A stretch of 64,000 nt of DNA from Deltaproteobacteria bacterium (GTDB lineage Bacteria; Desulfobacterota; BSN033; UBA1163): contig JBBIOI010000002.1 of assembly GCA_037443425.1 (NCBI GenBank), forward strand, positions 17,867 through 81,866. The letters are read 5' to 3'. The position numbers and the translations under genes are program-made. A model generated the notes under the pieces. The model was not told the DNA's origin. It searched no databases and saw nothing but the letters and a program-made list of their open reading frames with translations. Below are positions 18,409 to 26,342 of this stretch, piece after piece; position 1 is the first letter of the stretch, and every line of letters starts with the position of its first letter.

Positions 18409-19864
18409 TAATCCTCGCAATCCTGACATGCATGGCGTAAGGGCTGGCAAAATCCGGGCATTCTTCTCGGGATTCGAAATATATTTACGTCGCATCACTC
18501 TGGCGCCTTTTATTGCTCGCCGCTTACCTGAATCTGTTTTCCCTGTCCTCTATCCCTTATTAGCAGTTATCCCACTACTTAGGACGCGCTATCTGGGACT
18601 ATTGGTGAAACCAAGCGCTGACTGCGGCTTCTTTCCGAGGCGGTGTGATCGTGTAAAAAAGGGACGTATTCGTAACAATTTTCTTTCATTCTCTCCACCC
18701 CTCATTGGCAGGGAAGAAATAGACGAAGTAGTTGACACCCTGCGCTCCGATTGGGTCACCACGGGTCCCAAAGTGAAACGTTTCGAGGAAGAATTCGCTG
18801 GCTTCATTGGTGCGCCGGCGGCTCTGGCCCTCAATTCTGGTACGGCTGCCTTGCACGTTGCTTTGGCTACTTTAGGGATTGGCTATGGTGATGCTGTCAT
18901 TACTACCCCCATGACCTTCTGCTCAAGTGTCCACGTCATCGAACATGTGGGTGCACGTTCCATCCTGGTTGATGTGGAACGGGATACGCTGAACATAAAT
19001 CCAGCCAAGATTTTGGATGTCATTAAATCTGAGATCCGAAATCCAAAATCTAAAATTAAGGCTATTCTGCCAGTTCACCTCTATGGACACCCCTGCGACA
19101 TGGACGCCCTCATCGAGATTGCTCGGGAATACGACCTGGCCATCATCGAAGATGCCGCCCATGCGCTCCCCGCCAAATATAAAGGCCAATTTATCGGTTC
19201 CTTTTCCACATCTTTCCCTTTTCCAGTTCTTACCTGCTTTTCCTTTTATGCTACTAAGAACTTGACTACTGCTGAAGGAGGAATGTTGACAGGTCCATCT
19301 GAACTTATAGAAGAAGCTCGAATTTGGAGTTTGCATGGTATGAGTCGTGACGCCTGGAAAAGGTACTCTGCTCATGGATCCTGGTACTACGAGGTTATAC
19401 GACCTGGTTTTAAGTATAACATGACTGATATTCAGGCGGCTCTTGGCATACACCAACTGCGAAAACTTCCTCAATTTCAGGCAAGACGTCGAGAAATTGT
19501 TAGACGTTATAATGAGGCATTTTCTAAAATCGAGGAACTTCAAATACCTTTAGAACGGAAAGGGGTAGAGCATGCCTGGCATCTTTATGTAATTCGTTTG
19601 AATTTGGAAATGATAAGTATTGATCGCGGGCAATTCATTGAGGAATTAAAAGCCCGAAATATAGGCACTAGCGTTCACTTCATTCCCATTCACCTGCACC
19701 CATATTATCGGGACAAATATGGATATAAGCCCGAAGACTTTCCTGTAGCCTATCACGAGTATCAAAGAATAGTTTCTCTGCCTTTATACCCACGAATGAG
19801 TGATAATGATGTCGATAATGTTATTGAAGCAGTATTAGACGTAATAAAAAAATACCGGAGATGA
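18383..19864 (+). CDS. DegT-family sugar aminotransferase ORF; its first ~75 codons are the displaced C-terminus of the upstream methyltransferase
   Basis: The aminotransferase domain starts near 18680 (PPLIGREEIDEVVDTLRSDWVTTGPKVKRFEEEFAGFIGA; FSFYATKNLTTAEGG with the PLP lysine). The only in-frame NTG codons just upstream of the domain are TTG 18602 and GTG 18605, so the true start is uncertain. Confidence 0.8.
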   Translation: MLWYDFMYDNPRNPDMHGVRAGKIRAFFSGFEIYLRRITLAPFIARRLPESVFPVLYPLLAVIPLLRTRYLGLLVKPSADCGFFPRRCDRVKKGRIRNNFLSFSPPLIGREEIDEVVDTLRSDWVTTGPKVKRFEEEFAGFIGAPAALALNSGTAALHVALATLGIGYGDAVITTPMTFCSSVHVIEHVGARSILVDVERDTLNINPAKILDVIKSEIRNPKSKIKAILPVHLYGHPCDMDALIEIAREYDLAIIEDAAHALPAKYKGQFIGSFSTSFPFPVLTCFSFYATKNLTTAEGGMLTGPSELIEEARIWSLHGMSRDAWKRYSAHGSWYYEVIRPGFKYNMTDIQAALGIHQLRKLPQFQARRREIVRRYNEAFSKIEELQIPLERKGVEHAWHLYVIRLNLEMISIDRGQFIEELKARNIGTSVHFIPIHLHPYYRDKYGYKPEDFPVAYHEYQRIVSLPLYPRMSDNDVDNVIEAVLDVIKKYRR

Positions 19865-20478
19865 TTGATTCCATATTTAAGCGATTATTCGATTTGATCA
19901 TTTCTACTATAGTCATAATAGTTTCTTTACCTCTTTGGCTTTCCGTAGCAATTGCGATTAAATTTGACTCACCGGGACCAGTTTTTTATCGAGGTAAAAG
20001 AGTGGGAAAGAATATGAAGATTTTTTCTATTCTTAAATTTCGAACCATGCTTGTAAATGCTCCTAATCTTGGACCTGCTATTACTCACTCTGATGATCAA
20101 AGAATTACTCCTGTGGGTAGAATCTTGCGTAAGCTTAAGATTGATGAAATGCCCCAATTAATCAATGTGCTTAAAGGGGAAATGAGTATAGTAGGTCCCA
20201 GACCAGAAGATCCGAAATATGTTGCTTATTACCCCGAAGAATATGAACAAATTCTCAAAGTAAGGCCAGGAATGGCCAGTCCTGCTTTCATAAAATACAG
20301 ACATGAGGAAAAGTTACTTCTAAAAGCGAAGGATAAAATTGAAAACTTTTATATTACAGAAATTCTTCCTGACAAGCTTCGCTTGGATATTGAATATGCA
20401 AAAAATCATTCACTTAAAGGAGATTTGTTTATATTTGTCAAAGCTGCTTTATCGTTATTTAAAAAAGGGAATAAATGA
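19861..20478 (+). CDS. small bacterial sugar transferase (PglC/WbaP C-domain-like polyprenyl-phosphate phosphoglycosyl transferase)
   Basis: One N-terminal TM helix, then GPVFYRGKRVGKNMKIFSILKFRTM and DEMPQLINVLKGEMSIVGPRP, which are signature blocks of the family. ATGA overlap with the upstream gene. Confidence 0.9.
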   Translation: MIDSIFKRLFDLIISTIVIIVSLPLWLSVAIAIKFDSPGPVFYRGKRVGKNMKIFSILKFRTMLVNAPNLGPAITHSDDQRITPVGRILRKLKIDEMPQLINVLKGEMSIVGPRPEDPKYVAYYPEEYEQILKVRPGMASPAFIKYRHEEKLLLKAKDKIENFYITEILPDKLRLDIEYAKNHSLKGDLFIFVKAALSLFKKGNK

Positions 20479-20504
20479 GGCTTGTTGGTATAAATTAGGA
20501 AGCT

Positions 20505-22526
20505 ATGTATAATCTTTTTCGAAATAAACACTTTTATTTACTAGTCTTGCTTGACAGTTTATTGATTGGACTTGCTTATTTTTTAGCTTATCTTTTGCGT
20601 TTTGAATGGAATCTTCCAGGTGGGGAAATTAATAATTTTACTTCCTCCCTTCCTTATATTATTTTAGCTAAATTATTTATTTTCTATGTTTTTGGTCTTT
20701 ATCGGGGAATGTGGCGTTATACAAGCTTTATTGATATTTTGAATATTTTGAAAGCTTCAATAATTTCGTCAGCATTTATTATTTTGATAATTCTTTTTCT
20801 TTACCGCTTTCGAGGGTTTTCGCGCTCAGTCTTTGTCATTGATTCCTTCTTGACCTTTGTCTTCATTTCTGGCGTTCGGCTTTCCATCCGTCTCTTTCTT
20901 TTAAAAAAAGGGTTAAGATTCATTTTTATTAAAGAACCCCTATTTTTCAAACCTACTAAGCATAAGAAGAAAAAATTGCTTATTATTGGAGCCGGGGATG
21001 CAGGTGAAAAAATTCTTCGGGAAATAATTGATAATCCGAGAATCGAGTACAAAGTAGTTGGTTTTCTTGATGATGAGCCTAGAAAGCTGGGAATGAGGAT
21101 TCACGGTATTCCTGTGCTTGGAACGGTAAATGAGTTGCAAGATTTTGCTCGAAAGGGAATGGTTGACGAGATATTAATTGCCATTCCATCTGCAACAGCC
21201 AAACAGATGCGTAGAATAGTTGAGGTATGTGAGGCAACAGGTCTTAAATACAGAACGACACCTGGTATTGGTGAACTTATCAATGGAAAAATCTCTTTTA
21301 AGATGGTTAGAGAGGTTTCTTATGAAGATCTTCTTGGACGCGAGCAGGTGTCAATTGATGTAAAAGAGATTGGTAACTATTTAAAGGACAAGATTGTTCT
21401 TGTTACAGGAGCTGGGGGGTCAATTGGTTCAGAACTATGTCGGCAGATATCTCTTTTTAACCCTAAAGATCTTATTCTATTTGATAAGACTGAAAATAAT
21501 CTTTTTAACATTGAGATGGAGCTTCGCCAGATGTTCCCCGAAATTCCAATTTCTCCCATTCTTGGGGATGTTCAAAATAAGAATTATCTTGATAAAGTAT
21601 TTTCCCACTATAAACCTCAGGTGGTTTTCCATGCTGCGGCTTTTAAACATGTTCCTATTGTTGAGTTAAACCCATGGGAAGGGGTTTTTAATAACATAAT
21701 TGGAACCAGGAATATTGTAGAAGTCTCGGTTCAGTATGGAACGGAAAGATTTGTATTTATATCTACAGATAAAGCTGTTCGACCGGCTAGCGTTATGGGG
21801 GCAACCAAAAAAGTAGGCGAAATGATTACAAGGTACTATGGGGAAAATCATCATTGCAAATCAAATAGAGGAAGGTTTGTTTCAGTAAGATTTGGTAATG
21901 TGATTGGAAGTGAAGGAAGTGTTGTTCATCTATTTAGAAAACAGATTGAGAGACTTGGACCAGTAACTGTAACTCATCCAGAGGTGGCTCGTTATTTTAT
22001 GACTATCTCGGAAGCATGTAGATTAATTTTACAGGCAGGGACTATGGGAGATGGAGGGGAAGTATTTATTCTCGATATGGGGTCGCCTATTAAAATAATG
22101 GACATGGCTCGTGATCTAATTAAAAGGTCTGGTTTTAGACCGGATGTGGATATTGAAATTAAAGTGGTGGGTCTTAGACCCGGAGAAAAACTGCAAGAGG
22201 AGTTAATTACAGAGGAAGAGGATATTGTTCATTCACCGCACAAAAGGATCTTTATCTTAAGACCAAAAAATAAATGTGATGTTGATTGGCTAAATCAGAA
22301 AATTGAAGAACTTATACAGTTTGCTATGGTTCAAGATGTCCTGGGCATTAAATTGAAATTAAAAGAAATCGTTCCAGAATACCAACCAACCTTTTTTGAA
22401 CAGGTAAATTCCTTTTCTTTTCAGGGGAAAATTCAAGAACTAATTACAAAAGGAGAAAACTTAGTTCCTTCCCCACAAGAGAAGATATTTGTTTTGCAGT
22501 CGGGGGATAAACATGACATTTTATAA
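20505..22526 (+). CDS. membrane-anchored nucleotide-sugar 4,6-dehydratase/epimerase, CapD/PglF/WbpM family
   Basis: Four N-terminal TM helices, two Rossmann motifs (LLIIGAGDAGEKILREI; VLVTGAGGSIGSELCRQ) and STDKAVRPASVMGATKKVGE. Confidence 0.9.
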   Translation: MYNLFRNKHFYLLVLLDSLLIGLAYFLAYLLRFEWNLPGGEINNFTSSLPYIILAKLFIFYVFGLYRGMWRYTSFIDILNILKASIISSAFIILIILFLYRFRGFSRSVFVIDSFLTFVFISGVRLSIRLFLLKKGLRFIFIKEPLFFKPTKHKKKKLLIIGAGDAGEKILREIIDNPRIEYKVVGFLDDEPRKLGMRIHGIPVLGTVNELQDFARKGMVDEILIAIPSATAKQMRRIVEVCEATGLKYRTTPGIGELINGKISFKMVREVSYEDLLGREQVSIDVKEIGNYLKDKIVLVTGAGGSIGSELCRQISLFNPKDLILFDKTENNLFNIEMELRQMFPEIPISPILGDVQNKNYLDKVFSHYKPQVVFHAAAFKHVPIVELNPWEGVFNNIIGTRNIVEVSVQYGTERFVFISTDKAVRPASVMGATKKVGEMITRYYGENHHCKSNRGRFVSVRFGNVIGSEGSVVHLFRKQIERLGPVTVTHPEVARYFMTISEACRLILQAGTMGDGGEVFILDMGSPIKIMDMARDLIKRSGFRPDVDIEIKVVGLRPGEKLQEELITEEEDIVHSPHKRIFILRPKNKCDVDWLNQKIEELIQFAMVQDVLGIKLKLKEIVPEYQPTFFEQVNSFSFQGKIQELITKGENLVPSPQEKIFVLQSGDKHDIL

Positions 22527-22568
22527 ACCTTAGGGATAGTAAGCAGATTTTTTCTCTACCTTGTTTAT

Positions 22569-22600
22569 CCTTCCCATATTCGGAGGTCTTTTATTTTTTT
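22569..22600 (+). terminator. weak intrinsic terminator after the capD-like gene
   Basis: CCTTCC/GGAGGT hairpin (one mismatch, one G-U pair) with loop CATATTC, followed by CTTTTATTTTTTT. Confidence 0.35.
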
Positions 22601-22798
22601 AATGAAGGTAGAAATGCAGGGGACCTATAATTCAGGTTTTGTCCGAGCAAGGCTAAACCATACTGGAAAGAGCCCTACTCAATAGAATTTGGGAATTTTT
22701 AATTAGATTTATAAAAGATGATTAATATGAGGATATGAGTTTGCACTCCAAGAACTGAAGAAGTCCTGATAAGCCGATAATAATAAAAATGGTTTAAA

Positions 22799-22830
22799 GC
22801 CTCTGGGTTTTCGGACTCAGGTGCTTTTTT
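22799..22830 (+). terminator. orphan intrinsic terminator (no upstream ORF)
   Basis: 22799-22808 pairs with 22815-22824 over 10 positions (7 Watson-Crick, 2 G-U, 1 mismatch). The loop is TTTCGG and a T6 tail follows at 22825-22830. Confidence 0.5.
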
Positions 22831-23018
22831 GTTTAATCGAATTGAACTTGTTAAAAATATATGATAATATAAAAATAATTATGAAAAGGTTGGGGCTTGA
22901 AATGGTTGAAGTTAGAATCTTGGAATTGAAAAATCTTAAGGTGTGTGATATCGCCTTTTGCACAAGGTTTGCACCACATAAAAATTAAGCTAAGTTATTG
23001 AAATTATTAGGATTGTAT

Positions 23019-23046
23019 AGAGGTTCAAATCCTCTCGCCCCGACCA
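23019..23046 (+). other. tRNA 3' fragment (T-arm, acceptor 3' strand and CCA), tRNA-Pro-like
   Basis: AGAGG-TTCAAAT-CCTCT CGCCCCG A CCA: a perfect 5-bp T-stem, a canonical T-loop, a 7-nt acceptor half, a discriminator A and CCA. No D-arm or anticodon arm lies upstream. Confidence 0.6.
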
Positions 23047-23061
23047 TCCTTTTATTGAAAA

Positions 23062-23817
23062 ATGACAGAAAAAAAGAGAATACTGGTTACAAATGATGAT
23101 GGAATCCATTCTGAAGGGATTCTCATTTTAGCAAAGGCCCTTGAGAAAGTAGGTGAAGTATACATTGTTGCCCCTGACAGAGAGAGAAGTGCGATAGCTC
23201 ACTCTCTTACCCTCCATAGACCATTAAGGGTCGAAAAGATTCGAAAAAATGTCTATTCAGTTGATGGTACACCTGCTGATTGTGTTCACCTTGGAGTTCA
23301 TGCAATTTTGCCCAAAAGACCTCATTTGATTGTTTCAGGAATTAATAAAGGGGGAAATCTTGGGGATGATATCACATATTCAGGAACTGTATCTGCAGCC
23401 TTTGAAGGAACGTTATTAGGAATTCCTTCATTCGCCATATCTATTGTTTCAAGAAGCAATTTTAAATTTATGACTGCAGCAAAATTTGCTCTAAGGGTAG
23501 CACGGTTTATTCTGAAGCATGGTCTTCCAAAGGATACTTTGTTAAATATCAATGTGCCAAATCTTAATGAAAAGGATATAAAATCTTATAAAATCACAAA
23601 GCAAGGAAGATGGATACACAATGGAAATGCTGTAATAGAAAAGGTTGATCCCAGGGGGAAAAAATATTACTGGATTGGAAGTGGAGAATTGATTTTTAAT
23701 CAAGACAGGGATACAGATTTTGAAGCAGTATCAAATTCTTATATCTCAATCACCCCTCTCCATCTTGATTTGACAAATTATGCCTCGATCAGGCAACTGA
23801 AGAGATGGAGGATTTAA
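23062..23817 (+). CDS. surE: 5'/3'-nucleotidase SurE
   Basis: ILVTNDDGIHSEGI and SGINKGGNLGDDITYSGTVSAAFEG are SurE signatures. Confidence 0.9.
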   Translation: MTEKKRILVTNDDGIHSEGILILAKALEKVGEVYIVAPDRERSAIAHSLTLHRPLRVEKIRKNVYSVDGTPADCVHLGVHAILPKRPHLIVSGINKGGNLGDDITYSGTVSAAFEGTLLGIPSFAISIVSRSNFKFMTAAKFALRVARFILKHGLPKDTLLNINVPNLNEKDIKSYKITKQGRWIHNGNAVIEKVDPRGKKYYWIGSGELIFNQDRDTDFEAVSNSYISITPLHLDLTNYASIRQLKRWRI

Positions 23818-23884
23818 ACCTTTAATTGATCTATTCTTAAATTTAAGCCTAATTTTTATAAAGATATTAAGAAAGGAGATCGAT

Positions 23885-24982
23885 ATGAGAACAACATTAA
23901 GTGTTATTAAGGCAGATATTGGAAGTATAGGGGGGCATATACGCCCAAGCGAGAGATTGATAAAATCTATTAGGAATTATATCCAAGATAAAGGAAAAGG
24001 GATTATTGAGGATTTCTATGTTAGCCATACAGGAGATGATATTGCTATACTATTTTCACATTTTCTTGGCAAAGCCAATGAAAAGGTACATCGTCTTGCA
24101 TGGGATGCATTTACAGAAGGCACAAAAGTAGCCAAAGAACAAGGTCTATATGGTGCAGGTCAAGATCTTTTAAAAGATTCTTTTTCAGGTAATGTAAAGG
24201 GAATGGGGCCTGCCGTTGCAGAGATGGAATTCGAGGAGAGACCGAATGAGCCATTTCTTTTCTTTGCTGCTGATAAAACAGACCCAGGTGCTTATAACCT
24301 GCCCCTTTATTTAGCATTTGCTGATCCAATGTATAATGCAGGATTGATTCTGAGTCCATCGATGAATAAAGGATTCAAATTTGTTATCATGGATGTGAAT
24401 TATACTGAGGGAGACAGGGTTATTGAGCTCAATGCACCAGAAGATCTATATGACATTGCTGCCCTCTTAAGGGACAATCAACGATTCGTTATAGAGGCTA
24501 TTTATTCGAGAAATAATGGTGAGATTGCTGTTTCAGTAAGTACTACAAGGCTTCACAATATAGCGGGGAAATATACAGGTAAGGATGACCCTGTGATGCT
24601 TGTAAGAGTTCAAGGTGCATTTCCAGCAACAGGCGAGGTTTTAGCTCCCTTTAATATTGGTCATTATGTAGCAGGTTTCATGAGGGGGAGCCATACAGGG
24701 CCACTTATGCCTGTAAGGATTAATTCAGGTACCTCTTACTTCGATGGACCTCCTATCGTGGCATGTCATGCATTTTGCGTGCACAATGGTAAGCTGACAG
24801 AGCCTGCTGATGCATTTGATCATCCATATTGGGATTGGGTGAGGAATAATGTCTCTCAGAAGGCAACAGAAATGAGGAGGCAGGGTTTCTCAGGGGCTGC
24901 AATGCTTCCCTATGACGAACTTGAATACGGTGGGATTGTTGAAAAGATGAAGATCCTTGAGACAAAATTTAAAATAAGATAA
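23885..24982 (+). CDS. fbp: bifunctional fructose-1,6-bisphosphate aldolase/phosphatase (class V FBPase)
   Basis: The N-terminal LSVIKADIGSIGGH, the ~365 aa length and the overall pattern match the archaeal/deep-branching bacterial FBP aldolase/phosphatase. Confidence 0.85.
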   Translation: MRTTLSVIKADIGSIGGHIRPSERLIKSIRNYIQDKGKGIIEDFYVSHTGDDIAILFSHFLGKANEKVHRLAWDAFTEGTKVAKEQGLYGAGQDLLKDSFSGNVKGMGPAVAEMEFEERPNEPFLFFAADKTDPGAYNLPLYLAFADPMYNAGLILSPSMNKGFKFVIMDVNYTEGDRVIELNAPEDLYDIAALLRDNQRFVIEAIYSRNNGEIAVSVSTTRLHNIAGKYTGKDDPVMLVRVQGAFPATGEVLAPFNIGHYVAGFMRGSHTGPLMPVRINSGTSYFDGPPIVACHAFCVHNGKLTEPADAFDHPYWDWVRNNVSQKATEMRRQGFSGAAMLPYDELEYGGIVEKMKILETKFKIR

Positions 24983-25006
24983 TGGTTTTTTATAAAAAAG
25001 AGGGAT

Positions 25007-26332
25007 ATGGAAAGACGTGTATATATTGAAACATACGGATGCCAAATGAATGAAAATGATTCAGAGATGATTCTTAGGCTCCTCGAGAAGAGAAATTATC
25101 GTAAGACCGAGGAGCCTAAAGAGGCAGATCTTATTCTTATAAATACGTGCAGTGTTCGAGAAAAACCAGAACATAAGGTTTATAGTGCACTTGGAAGATT
25201 CAAGAACCTGAAGGAGAGAAAAGGGGTGATTATAGGGGTTTCGGGTTGTGTAGCACAACAAGAAGGAGAAAACCTTTTAGATAGGATTCCATACCTCGAT
25301 ATAGTTTTAGGGACACAGGCTATTCCACTTCTTCCAGAAATATTGGATAGAGTTGAGGTTTCTGGTGAAAGGGTATGCGAGGTAGGTTTTGATTCTGGAG
25401 GGAGGTATCTTGAATCGCAGCTTCCACAAAGGCCGTTAGATCAGGTTAAAGCCTTTGTTACGGTCATGCAGGGTTGTGATCATTTTTGTTCCTTCTGCAT
25501 TGTTCCATATGTAAGGGGAAGGGAGCGAAGCAGGCCAAGTAAGGATATTATTGAGGAGATTAGACACCTTGTTGGAATGGGTGTAAAAGAGGTTTGTCTA
25601 CTGGGACAGAATGTGAATTCATATGGGAAAGGGATAGAGGGCGAATTAAGATTCTATGAGCTTCTAAAAGAGATAAATAAGATTGAAGGGCTTGAAAGGA
25701 TTCGTTTTACTACATCACATCCTGTAGACCTATCTAAGGAATTGATATGGGCATTTTCAGAACTTGAAAAACTCTGTGAACATATCCATCTCCCTTTTCA
25801 ATCTGGTTCTAACAAGATTCTAAAGACAATGCATAGGGGCTATACACGTGAGGCCTATCTTGAAAAAGTGGAGGAGTTAAAGATGGTATGCCCTTCAATT
25901 GCCATCACATCAGATGTTATTGTTGGTTTTCCTGGTGAAGATGATGAAGATTTTAAAGAAACCATTCAACTTATAGAAAAGGTTCAATTTGATGACCTCT
26001 ATTCATTCAAATATTCTCCAAGGAAGGGTACACGGGCAGCAAAGCTTCCAAATCAGGTTGATGAAAAGCTGAAAGAGGAGAGACTTTCAATTTTACAGAG
26101 TATACAGAAGGAGATCACATATAAGAAGAATAAGTCGCTTGTGGGTAAAATCGAAGAGATTCTTGTAGAAGGCCAGAGTAAGAAAGGCAATCGGGATCTG
26201 ACAGGAAGGACAAGGACCAATAAAGTAGTAAATTTTGAAGGAGGGTTTGACCTTAAAGGAAAATTAGTCTCAGTACAGATTACAAATGCTTATCCACATT
26301 CCCTCCGTGGTGAGTTAGTTACAACCCATTAA
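25007..26332 (+). CDS. miaB: tRNA-2-methylthio-N6-dimethylallyladenosine synthase MiaB
   Basis: UPF0004 N-domain (ETYGCQMNENDSE), radical-SAM CDHFCSFCIVPYVRG and a C-terminal TRAM domain. Confidence 0.9.
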   Translation: MERRVYIETYGCQMNENDSEMILRLLEKRNYRKTEEPKEADLILINTCSVREKPEHKVYSALGRFKNLKERKGVIIGVSGCVAQQEGENLLDRIPYLDIVLGTQAIPLLPEILDRVEVSGERVCEVGFDSGGRYLESQLPQRPLDQVKAFVTVMQGCDHFCSFCIVPYVRGRERSRPSKDIIEEIRHLVGMGVKEVCLLGQNVNSYGKGIEGELRFYELLKEINKIEGLERIRFTTSHPVDLSKELIWAFSELEKLCEHIHLPFQSGSNKILKTMHRGYTREAYLEKVEELKMVCPSIAITSDVIVGFPGEDDEDFKETIQLIEKVQFDDLYSFKYSPRKGTRAAKLPNQVDEKLKEERLSILQSIQKEITYKKNKSLVGKIEEILVEGQSKKGNRDLTGRTRTNKVVNFEGGFDLKGKLVSVQITNAYPHSLRGELVTTH

Positions 26333-26342
26333 TTATTGAGTC

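Noticed and set aside
18923-19543. The 206-aa antisense ORF inside the aminotransferase gene. Similar shadow ORFs are 7760-8107, 32221-32613, 38564-38911, 56154-56552 and 60024-60332.
   Set aside because: All lie fully inside strong, motif-bearing genes on the opposite strand. They have no recognisable motifs, and the longest sits in the most GC-rich patch, where long antisense ORFs arise by chance.
22890-23046. A complete tRNA (with intron) or tmRNA spanning TGGGGCT (22890) to the CCA end at 23046.
   Set aside because: 157 nt is too long for a tRNA and too short for tmRNA. There is no D-arm, anticodon arm or tag ORF, and the 5' acceptor match is imperfect. Only the 28-nt 3' fragment is convincing.
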